Source: an uncultured Eubacteriaceae bacterium (GTDB lineage Bacteria; Bacillota; Clostridia; Eubacteriales; UBA1433). Taken from it: 64,000 bases of DNA. Position numbers and translations under genes: made by a program. Each line of letters begins with the position of its first letter. The first letter of the stretch is position 1. The notes under the pieces are model-generated. The model saw only the letters and a program-made list of their open reading frames with translations, was not told the origin of the DNA and did no database searches. The stretch lies in the NCBI GenBank assembly GCA_964533615.1, contig CAZHMK010000001.1, positions 138,156-202,155 of the forward strand, given 5' to 3'. Shown in pieces: positions 18,071 to 28,140 of the stretch.

Positions 18071-19348
18071 TTAATCTATCCACGACGGAATTCGATCGCT
18101 TCGTATCATGTCTTCTATTTTTTCTCGCTCAACGATAACCTCGCTTTGATCTCCTTTAAGCAAAACAACAGCCGGTCTTGGCAATCGGTTATAATTACTG
18201 GACATAGAGTAATTATACGCACCTGTATTCATAACCGCTAAAATATCTCCCGATTGACACTTCGGTAATAGTATATCACTTATCAATGTATCTGTTTCAC
18301 AACATTTTCCGCTTATTGTTACTAAATCATTTTTTTCATCATTGAATCTGTTGGCTACATATGCTCTGTGTACGGCATGATATAATGCCGGTCTCGGATT
18401 TTCATACATTCCGCCATCTATACTTACATATTTTCTTAAGTATGGTATCTCTTTTACAGTTCCAACTGTATATAATGTTATTCCCGCTGTTCCAACAATA
18501 TACCTTCCCGGCTCAACAATTATTTTAGGAATATGCATTTCTAATTCTTTGCACTTTGATTTCAGTAGTTCATCTAATGTTTTGACATAATTTTTGACAG
18601 AAAATATTTCTTCATCAGCTAGATAATTTATTCCAAAGCCACCGCCTAAATTAAGCTCTTTAATTTTAATTCCAAGTTCTTCGATATTATACATTAATTC
18701 AAGCATATTATTAGCAGCGATAATAAATGGATTACTTGCAAATATTTGCGAACCTATATGACAATGCAGCCCAACAAGTTCTAAATTTTTCTCCGAATTA
18801 CTTATTTGCCTTGCTGCCCTAAGTGCTATACTGATAGGAATGCCAAATTTTGAATCAATTCTACCTGTCTGTACATATTCATGTGTATGCGCCTCGATGT
18901 TTGGTGTCACTCTAATATGAACTTTTTGGACTTTATTTAATCTATTGCACAGTTTTTTTAATAAATCTATTTCATATAAACTATCTATTACAATACGCCC
19001 AACATTATTTTCAAGCGCAAATATGATTTCTTCTTCACTTTTATTGCTGCCATGCATTGTTATACGACTTGGATCAATACCTGCTTTTATTGCAGTATAT
19101 AATTCACCGCCACTGACAACATCTATACTTATATTCTCGTCTTTGACAATTTTGCACATTGCCAAATTTAAAAATGCTTTTCCTGCATAATTAATATCAT
19201 ACTCTAACTGTGCATCTTTAAATGCCTCTTTTATGGTATGAATATTATTCCTTATAATATCTTCACTCATTACATATAATGGAGTTTTGAATTTTTTTGC
19301 TAATTCTACTGTATCATGTCCAGAAAAAATAAAATGACTTTCACTCAT
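18071..19348 (-). CDS. lysA: Diaminopimelate decarboxylase
   Basis: 425 aa, Orn/DAP/Arg decarboxylase family 2 (YAGKAF, HCHIGSQ, EPGRYIV, CETDT). Confidence 0.9.
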   Translation of the reverse strand: MSESHFIFSGHDTVELAKKFKTPLYVMSEDIIRNNIHTIKEAFKDAQLEYDINYAGKAFLNLAMCKIVKDENISIDVVSGGELYTAIKAGIDPSRITMHGSNKSEEEIIFALENNVGRIVIDSLYEIDLLKKLCNRLNKVQKVHIRVTPNIEAHTHEYVQTGRIDSKFGIPISIALRAARQISNSEKNLELVGLHCHIGSQIFASNPFIIAANNMLELMYNIEELGIKIKELNLGGGFGINYLADEEIFSVKNYVKTLDELLKSKCKELEMHIPKIIVEPGRYIVGTAGITLYTVGTVKEIPYLRKYVSIDGGMYENPRPALYHAVHRAYVANRFNDEKNDLVTISGKCCETDTLISDILLPKCQSGDILAVMNTGAYNYSMSSNYNRLPRPAVVLLKGDQSEVIVEREKIEDMIRSDRIPSWID

Positions 19349-19454
19349 GATGCACCGCCTATATTTAATGTAAATTAAGTATTAATTTTATCAAAAAAAA
19401 ATATCAAAGTAAACTTTTTTTTAAATTATAGAATCATTTGTTATTATATAATTT

Positions 19455-19488
19455 AAAAAAGCACGTTCTTTAAAGGAACGTGCTTTTT
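19455..19488. terminator. Bidirectional intrinsic terminator downstream of the oxidoreductase operon
   Basis: AAAAAA-AGCACGTTC (19460-19468) ... GAACGTGCT (19475-19483)-TTTTT. Confidence 0.75.
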
Positions 19489-19505
19489 ATTGTATTTTAA
19501 AATAC

Positions 19506-20039
19506 TTATACCATTTCAGCACCGGCTTTAATACAAGCAATATTTGAATCAACAAATTTTGCTTTGCTGCCAGTAAATGTTTTTTTCACTAATTCATAAA
19601 GACTTTCAAGAGTAACTGTTCCTGTGGCTTTTGCATACGCTCCTAAAATCACCATGTTTCCGCCTCTGTCATTACCTATTTCCGCTGCCTTTTCATTAGC
19701 ATCAATATAATATACTTCAATATCATCTCTCTTTGATTTTTCTTTTATAATTGTGCTATTGATGAATAATTTCCCACCAGGAAGTACTATATCTTCAAAT
19801 TTATGAAGTGATGGCAAATTCATAACAATTACGCTGTTTGCTTCCAAAACTTGCGGAGAGCCGATTTCACTGTCTGAAACAACCACACTACAATTAGCTG
19901 TTCCGCCTCTCATTTCAGGACCGTAAGATGGAGCCCATGTTACTTCTTTGCCTTCTGCAAAACCAGCATATGCTATCATCTGGCCAATACGCAATACGCC
20001 TTGTCCGCCAAAACCTGCAACTAATACTTGTTCTAACAT
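19506..20039 (-). CDS. 2-oxoacid:ferredoxin oxidoreductase, gamma subunit
   Basis: 177 aa. GFGGQGV...GPEMRGG pattern of Kor/Vor/Por gamma subunits. Confidence 0.85.
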   Translation of the reverse strand: MLEQVLVAGFGGQGVLRIGQMIAYAGFAEGKEVTWAPSYGPEMRGGTANCSVVVSDSEIGSPQVLEANSVIVMNLPSLHKFEDIVLPGGKLFINSTIIKEKSKRDDIEVYYIDANEKAAEIGNDRGGNMVILGAYAKATGTVTLESLYELVKKTFTGSKAKFVDSNIACIKAGAEMV

Positions 20040-20052
20040 TTCATATCCCTCC

Positions 20053-20787
20053 TTAAAAATCCCTTAAGTTGCCTAATGGGTAGTAAGGAATCATATTTTC
20101 CTCTAACCATTTTAATGCGCCGACCGGAGTGAACCCCCAGTTTGTAGGACATGTAGACAATACTTCAACCAAACCAAAGCCTTTACCTTCTAATTGACAT
20201 TCAAATGCACGTCTTATAGCTTTTTTAGCTTTTCTTACATTAGCCGGTGTATTCACAGCTACACGTTCGACAAATTTAGCACCATCTATTTGCGCTATCA
20301 TTTCAGCTATTTTGATTGGTTTACCGCAATGTTCCTCGCTTCTTCCTTCAGGAGCTGTAGTAGCTTTTTGTCCTACTAAAGTTGTAGGAGCCATTTGACC
20401 ACCTGTCATACCATAAATAGCATTATTTACAAATATAGTTGAAATTTTTTCTGCTCTGTGCGCTACATGTACTATTTCCGCTGTACCTATAGAAGCTAAG
20501 TCGCCATCGCCTTGGTATGTGAATACAAATTTATCTGGATGTGTTCTTTTTACACCTGTTGCAACTGCCGGTGCTCTGCCATGTGCTGCTATATACATAT
20601 CGCATGAGAAAAAGAAGTCACACAAAGCTGAGCAGCCAACCGGGCCAACGCCTATTGTTTTATCATAAACACCAAGTTCTACTAAATTTTCGGCAACAAG
20701 TTTATGAATAATTCCATGCGTACAACCTGGACAATATGTTAACGGTGCATCCGTTAATGCTATGGATTTTTTATATACGACTGCCAT
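20053..20787 (-). CDS. 2-oxoacid:ferredoxin oxidoreductase, beta (TPP-binding) subunit
   Basis: YCPGCTHG, and GDGD...N TPP-binding motifs. Confidence 0.88.
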   Translation of the reverse strand: MAVVYKKSIALTDAPLTYCPGCTHGIIHKLVAENLVELGVYDKTIGVGPVGCSALCDFFFSCDMYIAAHGRAPAVATGVKRTHPDKFVFTYQGDGDLASIGTAEIVHVAHRAEKISTIFVNNAIYGMTGGQMAPTTLVGQKATTAPEGRSEEHCGKPIKIAEMIAQIDGAKFVERVAVNTPANVRKAKKAIRRAFECQLEGKGFGLVEVLSTCPTNWGFTPVGALKWLEENMIPYYPLGNLRDF

Positions 20788-21848
20788 TATTTTGCACCTC
20801 CTAATATTTCTTTTACTTTTTCATATACAACATCAGGAACGATTGGATGTCCGCCAGTTCTTCCATAGAATTCTACCGGGAAACGTCCAAGCACTGATAA
20901 TTTAACATCTTCGATCATTTGTCCGCAGCTTTGCTCAACTACTAAAATAGCTTTGCAATCCGGGTTAATTTTATCAAACGCTTCTTTCGGGAAAGGATAT
21001 AAGCTGATTGGTCTGATTAATCCAACTTTTAAACCTTCAGATTCTGCTTTTTTGAGTACGTTTTTACACGCTCTGCTTGGCGTGCCATAAGCTACCAATA
21101 CTATATCAGCATCTTCAATATTAATGGCTTCATATTTTACATATTTTTCAGAAATTTCTTTTAATTTTGCTTGGATTTTTTCATTTTTAGCTTCCAAGTC
21201 ATCTGCCGGTAAATCCATTGCATTGATTCTATTGTGGTAACCTCTTTTTACATGATTACCATCAGCAGCCCACGGTTTATTCGGTACATATTTTTTCATT
21301 GGTGCAATTTCAACTGGTTCCATCATTTGACCAATCATACCATCGCCAACTACTAAAACAGGCATTCTGTACTCATCGGCAATATCAAATGCTTCTGTCA
21401 TTAAATCTGCACATTCCTGAACACTTGCAGGTGCAAAACAAGGATGATAATAATCACCATTACCGCCGCCTCTTGTGTTCATAAAATAGTCGCCTTGTTG
21501 TGGCAAGATATTTCCAAGACCAGGTCCACCTCTCATGATGTTTACTACTACACATGGTATTTCAGCAGAAACCATGTATGTGAGCCCTTCTTGTTTTAAC
21601 GCAAGTCCTGGAGAAGATGTAGATGTCATAACTCTAGCACCTGTTCCGCCTGCGCCATATACCATGTAACTTGCAGCTACTTCACTTTCGGCCTGCAGAA
21701 AGCATCCGCCTGCTTTTGGAAGTTCTCTTGCTACATACTCAATTAATTCACTTTGTGGTGTTATCGGGTAACCAAAGAAATGTGTAAGCCCTGCATTAAT
21801 AGCAGCTGCCGCAATAGCTTCGTTACCTTTCATTAGTTTTTTAGCCAT
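20787..21848 (-). CDS. 2-oxoacid:ferredoxin oxidoreductase, alpha subunit
   Basis: MKGNEAIAAAAINAG...GYPITPQSE N-terminus. Confidence 0.88.
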   Translation of the reverse strand: MAKKLMKGNEAIAAAAINAGLTHFFGYPITPQSELIEYVARELPKAGGCFLQAESEVAASYMVYGAGGTGARVMTSTSSPGLALKQEGLTYMVSAEIPCVVVNIMRGGPGLGNILPQQGDYFMNTRGGGNGDYYHPCFAPASVQECADLMTEAFDIADEYRMPVLVVGDGMIGQMMEPVEIAPMKKYVPNKPWAADGNHVKRGYHNRINAMDLPADDLEAKNEKIQAKLKEISEKYVKYEAINIEDADIVLVAYGTPSRACKNVLKKAESEGLKVGLIRPISLYPFPKEAFDKINPDCKAILVVEQSCGQMIEDVKLSVLGRFPVEFYGRTGGHPIVPDVVYEKVKEILGGAK

Positions 21849-21868
21849 TTTTCCTTGCTCCTTCCTTC

Positions 21869-22081
21869 TTATTCTTTCTCAACTGTTATGATACTGTCCG
21901 GACACATAATAGCACATGTTCCACATGCTATACATTCATCCATGTTTGTCACCGTTACCGGAAAATATCCTTTCGAGTTGGTTTCTTTACCTAAAACTAA
22001 GATTTTTTTGGGACAGAAAGTTACACATAGTTCGCAGCCTTTGCACTTTTCTGTATCAAATGTGAGTTTTCCTTTCGCCAT
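21869..22081 (-). CDS. 2-oxoacid:ferredoxin oxidoreductase, delta subunit (2x[4Fe-4S] ferredoxin)
   Basis: 70 aa with CKGCELCVTFCP and CIACGTCAIMCP motifs. Confidence 0.85.
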   Translation of the reverse strand: MAKGKLTFDTEKCKGCELCVTFCPKKILVLGKETNSKGYFPVTVTNMDECIACGTCAIMCPDSIITVEKE

Positions 22082-22105
22082 TTTATAGCCACCTTTCTTA
22101 TTTAT

Positions 22106-22801
22106 TTAAAGCCACTCGGGCCTCATAAGCAATTTCATGGGAAACTTTTCACCAGCTACATCATACCCGTCAAGATTGACCATTTCTTCAACATATGAAC
22201 AATACACTACCGGTAAAGATGTGTGCTTACTTACCTCTTTTACTAGTTTATCACCTGCAAGTATATCTTCTATCGTTGTTTCTCTTACCAAATGCGTGTT
22301 ATTTATCAACCCGGTAATTTTCAATTTTGATTTTAATTCTATCCCGTTCAAAAAATCAACAACCGTCTCAACACTGTTTGTTTCAGGTCTGTTAGCATTT
22401 ACAACCATATACATGTTATAATTAATTTTCTTTATGCTGTCTGAAAAGCGACCTAAAGCTGTTGCACCAACCGGATTGCCTCCAACATCAATGATACCAA
22501 AATACTGACTTGTCTGGGTTAATACATTAATTTCCGGAGATAATGACGGCAAATCCATGGGTTGACTTTCTTTGTTTCCTAATATTGAAGAAATAACCCT
22601 AATGCCTTCTTCTTCTAATTCATCAGTGATTTCTCGTGTACGAAAATATGGATTGATAATATCGAGATCTGCAATTCCAACTTTTTTTCCATGCCTTTGC
22701 ATGTAAATAGCATAATTTACTGAAAATTCTGTTTTTCCACTCCCATAATGCCCTACTATGATAGTGAGTTCAATAGCTTGATTATTATTCGTTTGAGTCA
22801 T
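22106..22801 (-). CDS. P-loop NTPase (MinD/ParA/CooC-like SIMIBI class), function unknown
   Basis: Deviant Walker A-like GHYGSGKTE followed by DLDIINP. It is the first gene of the oxidoreductase operon. Confidence 0.6.
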   Translation of the reverse strand: MTQTNNNQAIELTIIVGHYGSGKTEFSVNYAIYMQRHGKKVGIADLDIINPYFRTREITDELEEEGIRVISSILGNKESQPMDLPSLSPEINVLTQTSQYFGIIDVGGNPVGATALGRFSDSIKKINYNMYMVVNANRPETNSVETVVDFLNGIELKSKLKITGLINNTHLVRETTIEDILAGDKLVKEVSKHTSLPVVYCSYVEEMVNLDGYDVAGEKFPMKLLMRPEWL

Positions 22802-22954
22802 TTTACGTCCTCTTAAAAATATTTTTTTTCATGTTTTTTCCATGTAAAACAATAACACAAAAATTTAACAAAGTCAATATACATGTGTTATTTTTATTGC
22901 ATTATCTTTGTATGTTAGTGTTTAATCGCTATAAATCTACAAATTTTGACAAGG

Positions 22955-25060
22955 TCAATCTTCATTGTCAAATTTATCCTCCGTAGGCATCGATAAAAAT
23001 TTATTTACTCTTTTTTTGAAATTTTTGCTGAAAATTTTATTAGATATTTTAATTATTAAACTGTTCAATCCTTTATGATATTTTAATATATGGACTTTAA
23101 GATCTCGTATATATTGTAATTTTGTCTGCCTACTTTTTTTGTCTACTTTAGTATTTAAATTATTATTTGTTTTATTACCTTTTTTCGAAATTATTTTCTT
23201 TTTTGATGTATATTTTTTCAATCTATATCGGGATATCTTATATTGATTTAAAACGACTTTTTTATCTCTGTGATGATACTCTGTTAGATGCTTCGCATCA
23301 TTCGTTTTTTCCTTACTTCTTAATCTTTCTACATTTCCATCATCACTTATAGATGTCTCTATAGTTTCATTATAAAATAATTTTTCCGTTTCTTCTTCAT
23401 CTTCATTTAAGTTTGTTGGTATTTGAAAGTAATTTTCTAACCCAGCGATTGGAATAGCAATTGGCTGATATTCAAAATTTTCACTTGTATACTTTCTTAT
23501 ATATCGTTTAAAAAACGCCGCTTTAATCTCTTCTTTAAAAATTACATTATAATTAAGCCCATCTACTTTGAATATTTTCAATAAAATTTTATAGCATAAT
23601 TTAAAGATAATACTCATTATAAGCAAACAAATTACTATGTTAGCCAATGAACTTTTCATTGAATAGTAAATCATAGTAAATAATATCAATACGCCTAAAC
23701 TGATTGGAATACCGGCAAAAATAATTTTTAGTATATTTGCTCCAATTGTTTTTAGCTTATACTTACCTATTTTATTTCGTAACATAAATACCATAATGAT
23801 TACTGATATGGCTGATGCTATTGATGTAGCGAGAGCAATCCCCATTGTTTGCAATGGCTGTATGAGTACATAATCCAATAATATATTGACTGCCACTAAG
23901 ATTACAGCTCCGATTAACGGCGTTTTTTTATCGTTCATAGAATAGAAGATATTATCTAACATTAATTTAAGCGTGAGCGGAAGCATCCCAATAGAATACA
24001 TCATAAAAACATCTGCTGTTAACTTTGTATTTTCAACATTAAAAGCACCTCTTTGAAATATAATGGTAATAATAGGATTGGCCAATGTTATTAAAAATAT
24101 GCTGAGAGGTAAAATTATTACTGCAACGCTATTTAAAGAATAAAACAAAATCTCTTTAAAATCTCGCATTTTGGTTTTTTGATAACTTTTTACCAACATC
24201 GGAAAAAAAACAGAAGATACAATAAAGAATAGAATGCCAATTAGTATCATTAGTAATTTCTGAGAATAAAATAATGAAGAAATCGCTCCTGTCGCTATTG
24301 TTGAAGCCAATGTTCTGTCAATAAAATTGTTAATTTGATAACTAAAAAGATTTATAAATATCGGTATGACTAAAATCATTAAAGGTTTTATGTTTTCATC
24401 ATTTAATTTAAAATGCGGTTTATAACGCATACCATTTTTATAGGAAGATACTACCATTATCATCGCAGTGATCAAATAGCCTATAAAGATTGAAATGCCC
24501 AGAATATTATATTTTTCAGTGCTGCTTGATAATATGCCGAAAAACAGGCATAGATAAATCGGTACAGATTCAAAAGCTATTGAAACAAATTTCTTTTTAT
24601 ATTGTAAGAATCCTTTGAAAACACTAATCATTGAGAGCGGAATCAACGAATATATAATTATTCTCGTCAATTTTACAGCAACAGATAATGTTTCTTCATC
24701 AAACCCCACAGCAAATATATAAACAACAGGCTTAGCGACAAAAGAAATCACTATAATGACCAATAGTGCCAGCATGAATACAATCGTTAAAATATTACTT
24801 GCAAAACTATTTATAGTCTCATCCCTTTTTAAGCTTTTGTAAATTATGGTTAAACTGCCCGTAATTGCTACGGCTAATGCAAGATATAAAATAAAAGGTA
24901 CAGATTGAGCAATAAAAAATGCATCTGTAAACGCGTCTGCTCCAAACTTATAAGACAATATCATATCGCTTAATAAACTTATCAGACTGCCAAGTATCAA
25001 TCCTAACATAATGATTCGGACACTATTGACATGATTATTTTTATTCATCGAAATCTCCAT
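22955..25060 (-). CDS. murJ: Lipid II flippase MurJ (MviN) with a ~200-aa basic C-terminal extension
   Basis: MOP/MurJ-like N-terminus (SYKFGADAFTDAFFIAQSVP) and about 14 hydrophobic segments, then a 203-aa K/N-rich non-membrane tail. Confidence 0.8.
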   Translation of the reverse strand: MEISMNKNNHVNSVRIIMLGLILGSLISLLSDMILSYKFGADAFTDAFFIAQSVPFILYLALAVAITGSLTIIYKSLKRDETINSFASNILTIVFMLALLVIIVISFVAKPVVYIFAVGFDEETLSVAVKLTRIIIYSLIPLSMISVFKGFLQYKKKFVSIAFESVPIYLCLFFGILSSSTEKYNILGISIFIGYLITAMIMVVSSYKNGMRYKPHFKLNDENIKPLMILVIPIFINLFSYQINNFIDRTLASTIATGAISSLFYSQKLLMILIGILFFIVSSVFFPMLVKSYQKTKMRDFKEILFYSLNSVAVIILPLSIFLITLANPIITIIFQRGAFNVENTKLTADVFMMYSIGMLPLTLKLMLDNIFYSMNDKKTPLIGAVILVAVNILLDYVLIQPLQTMGIALATSIASAISVIIMVFMLRNKIGKYKLKTIGANILKIIFAGIPISLGVLILFTMIYYSMKSSLANIVICLLIMSIIFKLCYKILLKIFKVDGLNYNVIFKEEIKAAFFKRYIRKYTSENFEYQPIAIPIAGLENYFQIPTNLNEDEEETEKLFYNETIETSISDDGNVERLRSKEKTNDAKHLTEYHHRDKKVVLNQYKISRYRLKKYTSKKKIISKKGNKTNNNLNTKVDKKSRQTKLQYIRDLKVHILKYHKGLNSLIIKISNKIFSKNFKKRVNKFLSMPTEDKFDNED

Positions 25061-25146
25061 AAAAAGCCTTGACTAAAAATTCACTGTTATATTATAACAA
25101 ACAAAGATATTTATAAAAGAGTAAACTTCATAACAAAAGGTGCGTA

Positions 25147-26829
25147 TTATTCTAAATTACTTGCCATTTGGAGCATCTGTCTTGCATGATTTAATGTTTC
25201 TTGTGTTATATCTACTCCGCCTACCATTTTGGCTAACTCATACACTCTGCCTTCACCGTTTAGTTCTATCAGTTCAGTTACTGTATTTTGATCTACGACT
25301 GTTTTTTTTGCACAAAAATGAACATTCGCCACAGATGCTATTTGCGGCAGATGTGTGATTAATATCACCTGATAATTACTGCTTAATTTTTTTAACTTTT
25401 GTGCAATAACTTGCGCAGTTCTGCCACTGATTCCGGTATCAATTTCATCAAAGATTAATGTTGTTATGTCTTTATCCGCAATAAGGATTTTAAAAGCCAA
25501 CATAATGCGGCTCATTTCTCCGCCAGATACGATTTTACTCAAAGATTTTGGTGCAAATCCCTTATTGGATGAGAATAAAAATTCTATATCATCGTATCCA
25601 TTTTTTCGAATTTCTTTCGTATCTTTAGCTCTTTTGATATCTACTTTAAATGACGCATCAGGCATCGACATATCACGAAGCTGTTTTAAGATATTTTTCT
25701 CCAGCGTTATTTTTATTTGACGTCTTAATTTGGATAGCTCATTTGCATAAATAAAATACTGTTCTTTTTTTGCTGTTTCTTCTTTCGATTTATTTTCAAT
25801 TTCGTTATCCAAATTCATTACTGTTTCCAGTTTTTTTATCATAGAGTTTTTTAAATCCAATATTTCTTCAATCCCAGACGCATTATATTGTCGTTTTAAC
25901 TGAGCAATTAAATAAGCTCTTCCTTCCAGGTCATCTATATTCTCATTTTCAAAATCTCCTTTTGCTATATAGTCCCTTAAAAACCCGGAAACATCTTCAA
26001 CATTGGCAACAATATTTAAGAGCCTTTCATATTGCTCCAATAATGATTCGTCAGCAGATGCGGCTTTATACAACGCTGTCAGTGTTTGTTGTAAATCTTC
26101 AAGCACGCTGCGTTCATTATTATAAATTAATTCATATGCTTTAAGAGTATTCTCATAAATCAAGTTATAATTTTTTAATCGCGTTATTTTTTTCTCTATT
26201 TCTTTATCTTCACCAACATTCAATTGAGCAGCTTCAATCACAGAAATGTCATGCTCTAATTTTTCTTTTTCTTTTTGTATATTTTGAGATAACTGAATTA
26301 AATTATCTAATGCGTCTTTAGCCTTCATATATTCATAATAGGCACTCTGCGTGTTTTCTAAAGCCACAGTTACTTTTTCATCATATTTATCCAGATATTT
26401 AATATGAGTGCTTGTGTTTAATAAGTATTGATGCTCGTGCTGACCATGTATATCAACCAATACACTTCCGAGGGTTTTTAATTCTTGCACAGTCACCAGT
26501 ATTGAATTAATTCTGCAAATATTTTTCCCGCTTGTATAGATTTGACGCGTAAAAATAATTTGATCTTCTATCTCTATCCCCATTTCACGCGCTAAAAAAC
26601 AGGCAGCACTTTTCTGTTCTATATCGAAAACAGCTTGAATCGTTGTTTTCTGCGCGCCTTGCCGGATACTTTCTTTATTTGCTCTGTATCCTAAAGCTAA
26701 AGAAAGCGCATCCACGATAATCGATTTTCCTGCCCCGGTTTCTCCTGTAATGGCATTTAATTTTTTATCAAATTCAATTACTGCATTTTTTATAATTGCA
26801 AAATCATAAATACTAAGTTGGGTTAGCAT
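25147..26829 (-). CDS. recN: DNA repair protein RecN
   Basis: MLTQLSIYDFAII...GETGAGKS N-terminus, coiled-coil middle, and C-terminal SGGE...LIFDEIDTGISG. Confidence 0.93.
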   Translation of the reverse strand: MLTQLSIYDFAIIKNAVIEFDKKLNAITGETGAGKSIIVDALSLALGYRANKESIRQGAQKTTIQAVFDIEQKSAACFLAREMGIEIEDQIIFTRQIYTSGKNICRINSILVTVQELKTLGSVLVDIHGQHEHQYLLNTSTHIKYLDKYDEKVTVALENTQSAYYEYMKAKDALDNLIQLSQNIQKEKEKLEHDISVIEAAQLNVGEDKEIEKKITRLKNYNLIYENTLKAYELIYNNERSVLEDLQQTLTALYKAASADESLLEQYERLLNIVANVEDVSGFLRDYIAKGDFENENIDDLEGRAYLIAQLKRQYNASGIEEILDLKNSMIKKLETVMNLDNEIENKSKEETAKKEQYFIYANELSKLRRQIKITLEKNILKQLRDMSMPDASFKVDIKRAKDTKEIRKNGYDDIEFLFSSNKGFAPKSLSKIVSGGEMSRIMLAFKILIADKDITTLIFDEIDTGISGRTAQVIAQKLKKLSSNYQVILITHLPQIASVANVHFCAKKTVVDQNTVTELIELNGEGRVYELAKMVGGVDITQETLNHARQMLQMASNLE

Positions 26830-26838
26830 TGATTCTTC

Positions 26839-27288
26839 CTATTTAATATATTTTTTTAAATGATTCACTAATTCAACTGCTGCCATTTCATTTTTTACAA
26901 GTATAAAAATCGTATCATCGCCGGCCAAACATCCAACAATCTCAGACCATTCGGTTAAATCTACAGTAACAGCAGCAGCATGCGCCATACCATTTAATGT
27001 TTTTACAACAACTATGTTTCCCGAATAATCAATAGATGTGACGGCTTCTTTAAATACGTTCATCATTCTCTCGTTAACAGGAATTGAATCATCTTTATAT
27101 TTTGTATAACGATATTTTCCATTTGAATCCATCATTTTAATCAATTTTATTTCTTTAATATCTCTGCTGATCGTTGCCTGCGTGATATCATAACCTTCTG
27201 ATTTTAATCGTTCCGCCAGTTCTTCCTGCGTTTCAATCGGGTAATTTTCAATGATTTCTAATATTTTATTTTGTCTTTTTACTTTCAT
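26839..27288 (-). CDS. argR: Arginine repressor
   Basis: I chose the start at MKVKRQNKILEIIE (ATG at 27288). The longer ORF to 27444 would overlap nadK. It has a winged-helix N-domain and a C-terminal GDDTIF motif. Confidence 0.88.
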   Translation of the reverse strand: MKVKRQNKILEIIENYPIETQEELAERLKSEGYDITQATISRDIKEIKLIKMMDSNGKYRYTKYKDDSIPVNERMMNVFKEAVTSIDYSGNIVVVKTLNGMAHAAAVTVDLTEWSEIVGCLAGDDTIFILVKNEMAAVELVNHLKKYIK

Positions 27289-27301
27289 AAATTCTTTTCC
27301 C

Positions 27302-28123
27302 CTATCTAATCCTTGTATATACTTTATTATAAAAATTATGATTGTCAAAAGATATGAACGATGCTTTTTTTTCAAATAAGGCAAATTCCAACAGACTATC
27401 TGTAATATACAAACATTTTTTGCCATCACAACGCACGATTGCATTGCCTCGCTTTATCATAATATTTATCTTCTCTTTCGGAGCGAGTACAATTGCCCTG
27501 TTTGAAAGTGTATGCGGGCGTATAGGATTTAAAAGCAACACTTCCGCCTGCGGGCTGATAATAGGTCCTCCGGCTGATAGAGAATATGCTGTTGAGCCCG
27601 TGGATGTAGATATGATAATTCCATCTGCATCATAGTCAGCCAAAAGCACATTATTGACATATACATTTAAATTGATCGCACCGTCCTGATCATTATCTTT
27701 AAAAATCACAACATCATTTAATGCAATATTTGTTCCTTTTGAATGTGTCATTTCCAAAAGAGAACGTTTTTCAATATTATAAAGACCTTCCAGTGCTAAA
27801 TTCAAATAATAGTTCCATTCATACTTTTCAACACTCGTTAGAAATCCTAATTTCCCTAAATTGATCCCGAAAATAGGGGCTTTTGTATATTTCAGGCTTC
27901 TGAAAGCATCTAATATGGTACCGTCACCGCCTAAAATAACGATAAAATCCAATTCATCTGCCAGAGCCGGCGTGAGCAATTTTATATTTGGATCATTTGT
28001 AATAGAGATAGTTTTTTCATCTAAATATATTTCTGCCCGTCCGAATAAAAAAGACATCACATCTTTTGTATATTCTAAATTTATATCCTTAAGCAGATTA
28101 GACATAATACCTACTTTTTTCAT
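27302..28123 (-). CDS. nadK: NAD(+) kinase
   Basis: GGDGT motif and TGSTAYSLSAGGP motif. Confidence 0.9.
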   Translation of the reverse strand: MKKVGIMSNLLKDINLEYTKDVMSFLFGRAEIYLDEKTISITNDPNIKLLTPALADELDFIVILGGDGTILDAFRSLKYTKAPIFGINLGKLGFLTSVEKYEWNYYLNLALEGLYNIEKRSLLEMTHSKGTNIALNDVVIFKDNDQDGAINLNVYVNNVLLADYDADGIIISTSTGSTAYSLSAGGPIISPQAEVLLLNPIRPHTLSNRAIVLAPKEKINIMIKRGNAIVRCDGKKCLYITDSLLEFALFEKKASFISFDNHNFYNKVYTRIR

Positions 28124-28140
28124 CTTAACCTTTTCTTTCC

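Noticed and set aside
19349-19455. Possible lysine (L-box) riboswitch upstream of lysA.
   Set aside because: Only about 105 nt of extremely AT-rich sequence lie between the upstream terminator and the lysA start. That is too short for an L-box, and I saw no conserved L-box helices or motifs.
26839-27444. Long 201-aa version of the argR ORF.
   Set aside because: The extra 52 N-terminal codons overlap the nadK 3' end and look non-protein-like. The internal ATG at 27288 gives a standard 149-aa ArgR.
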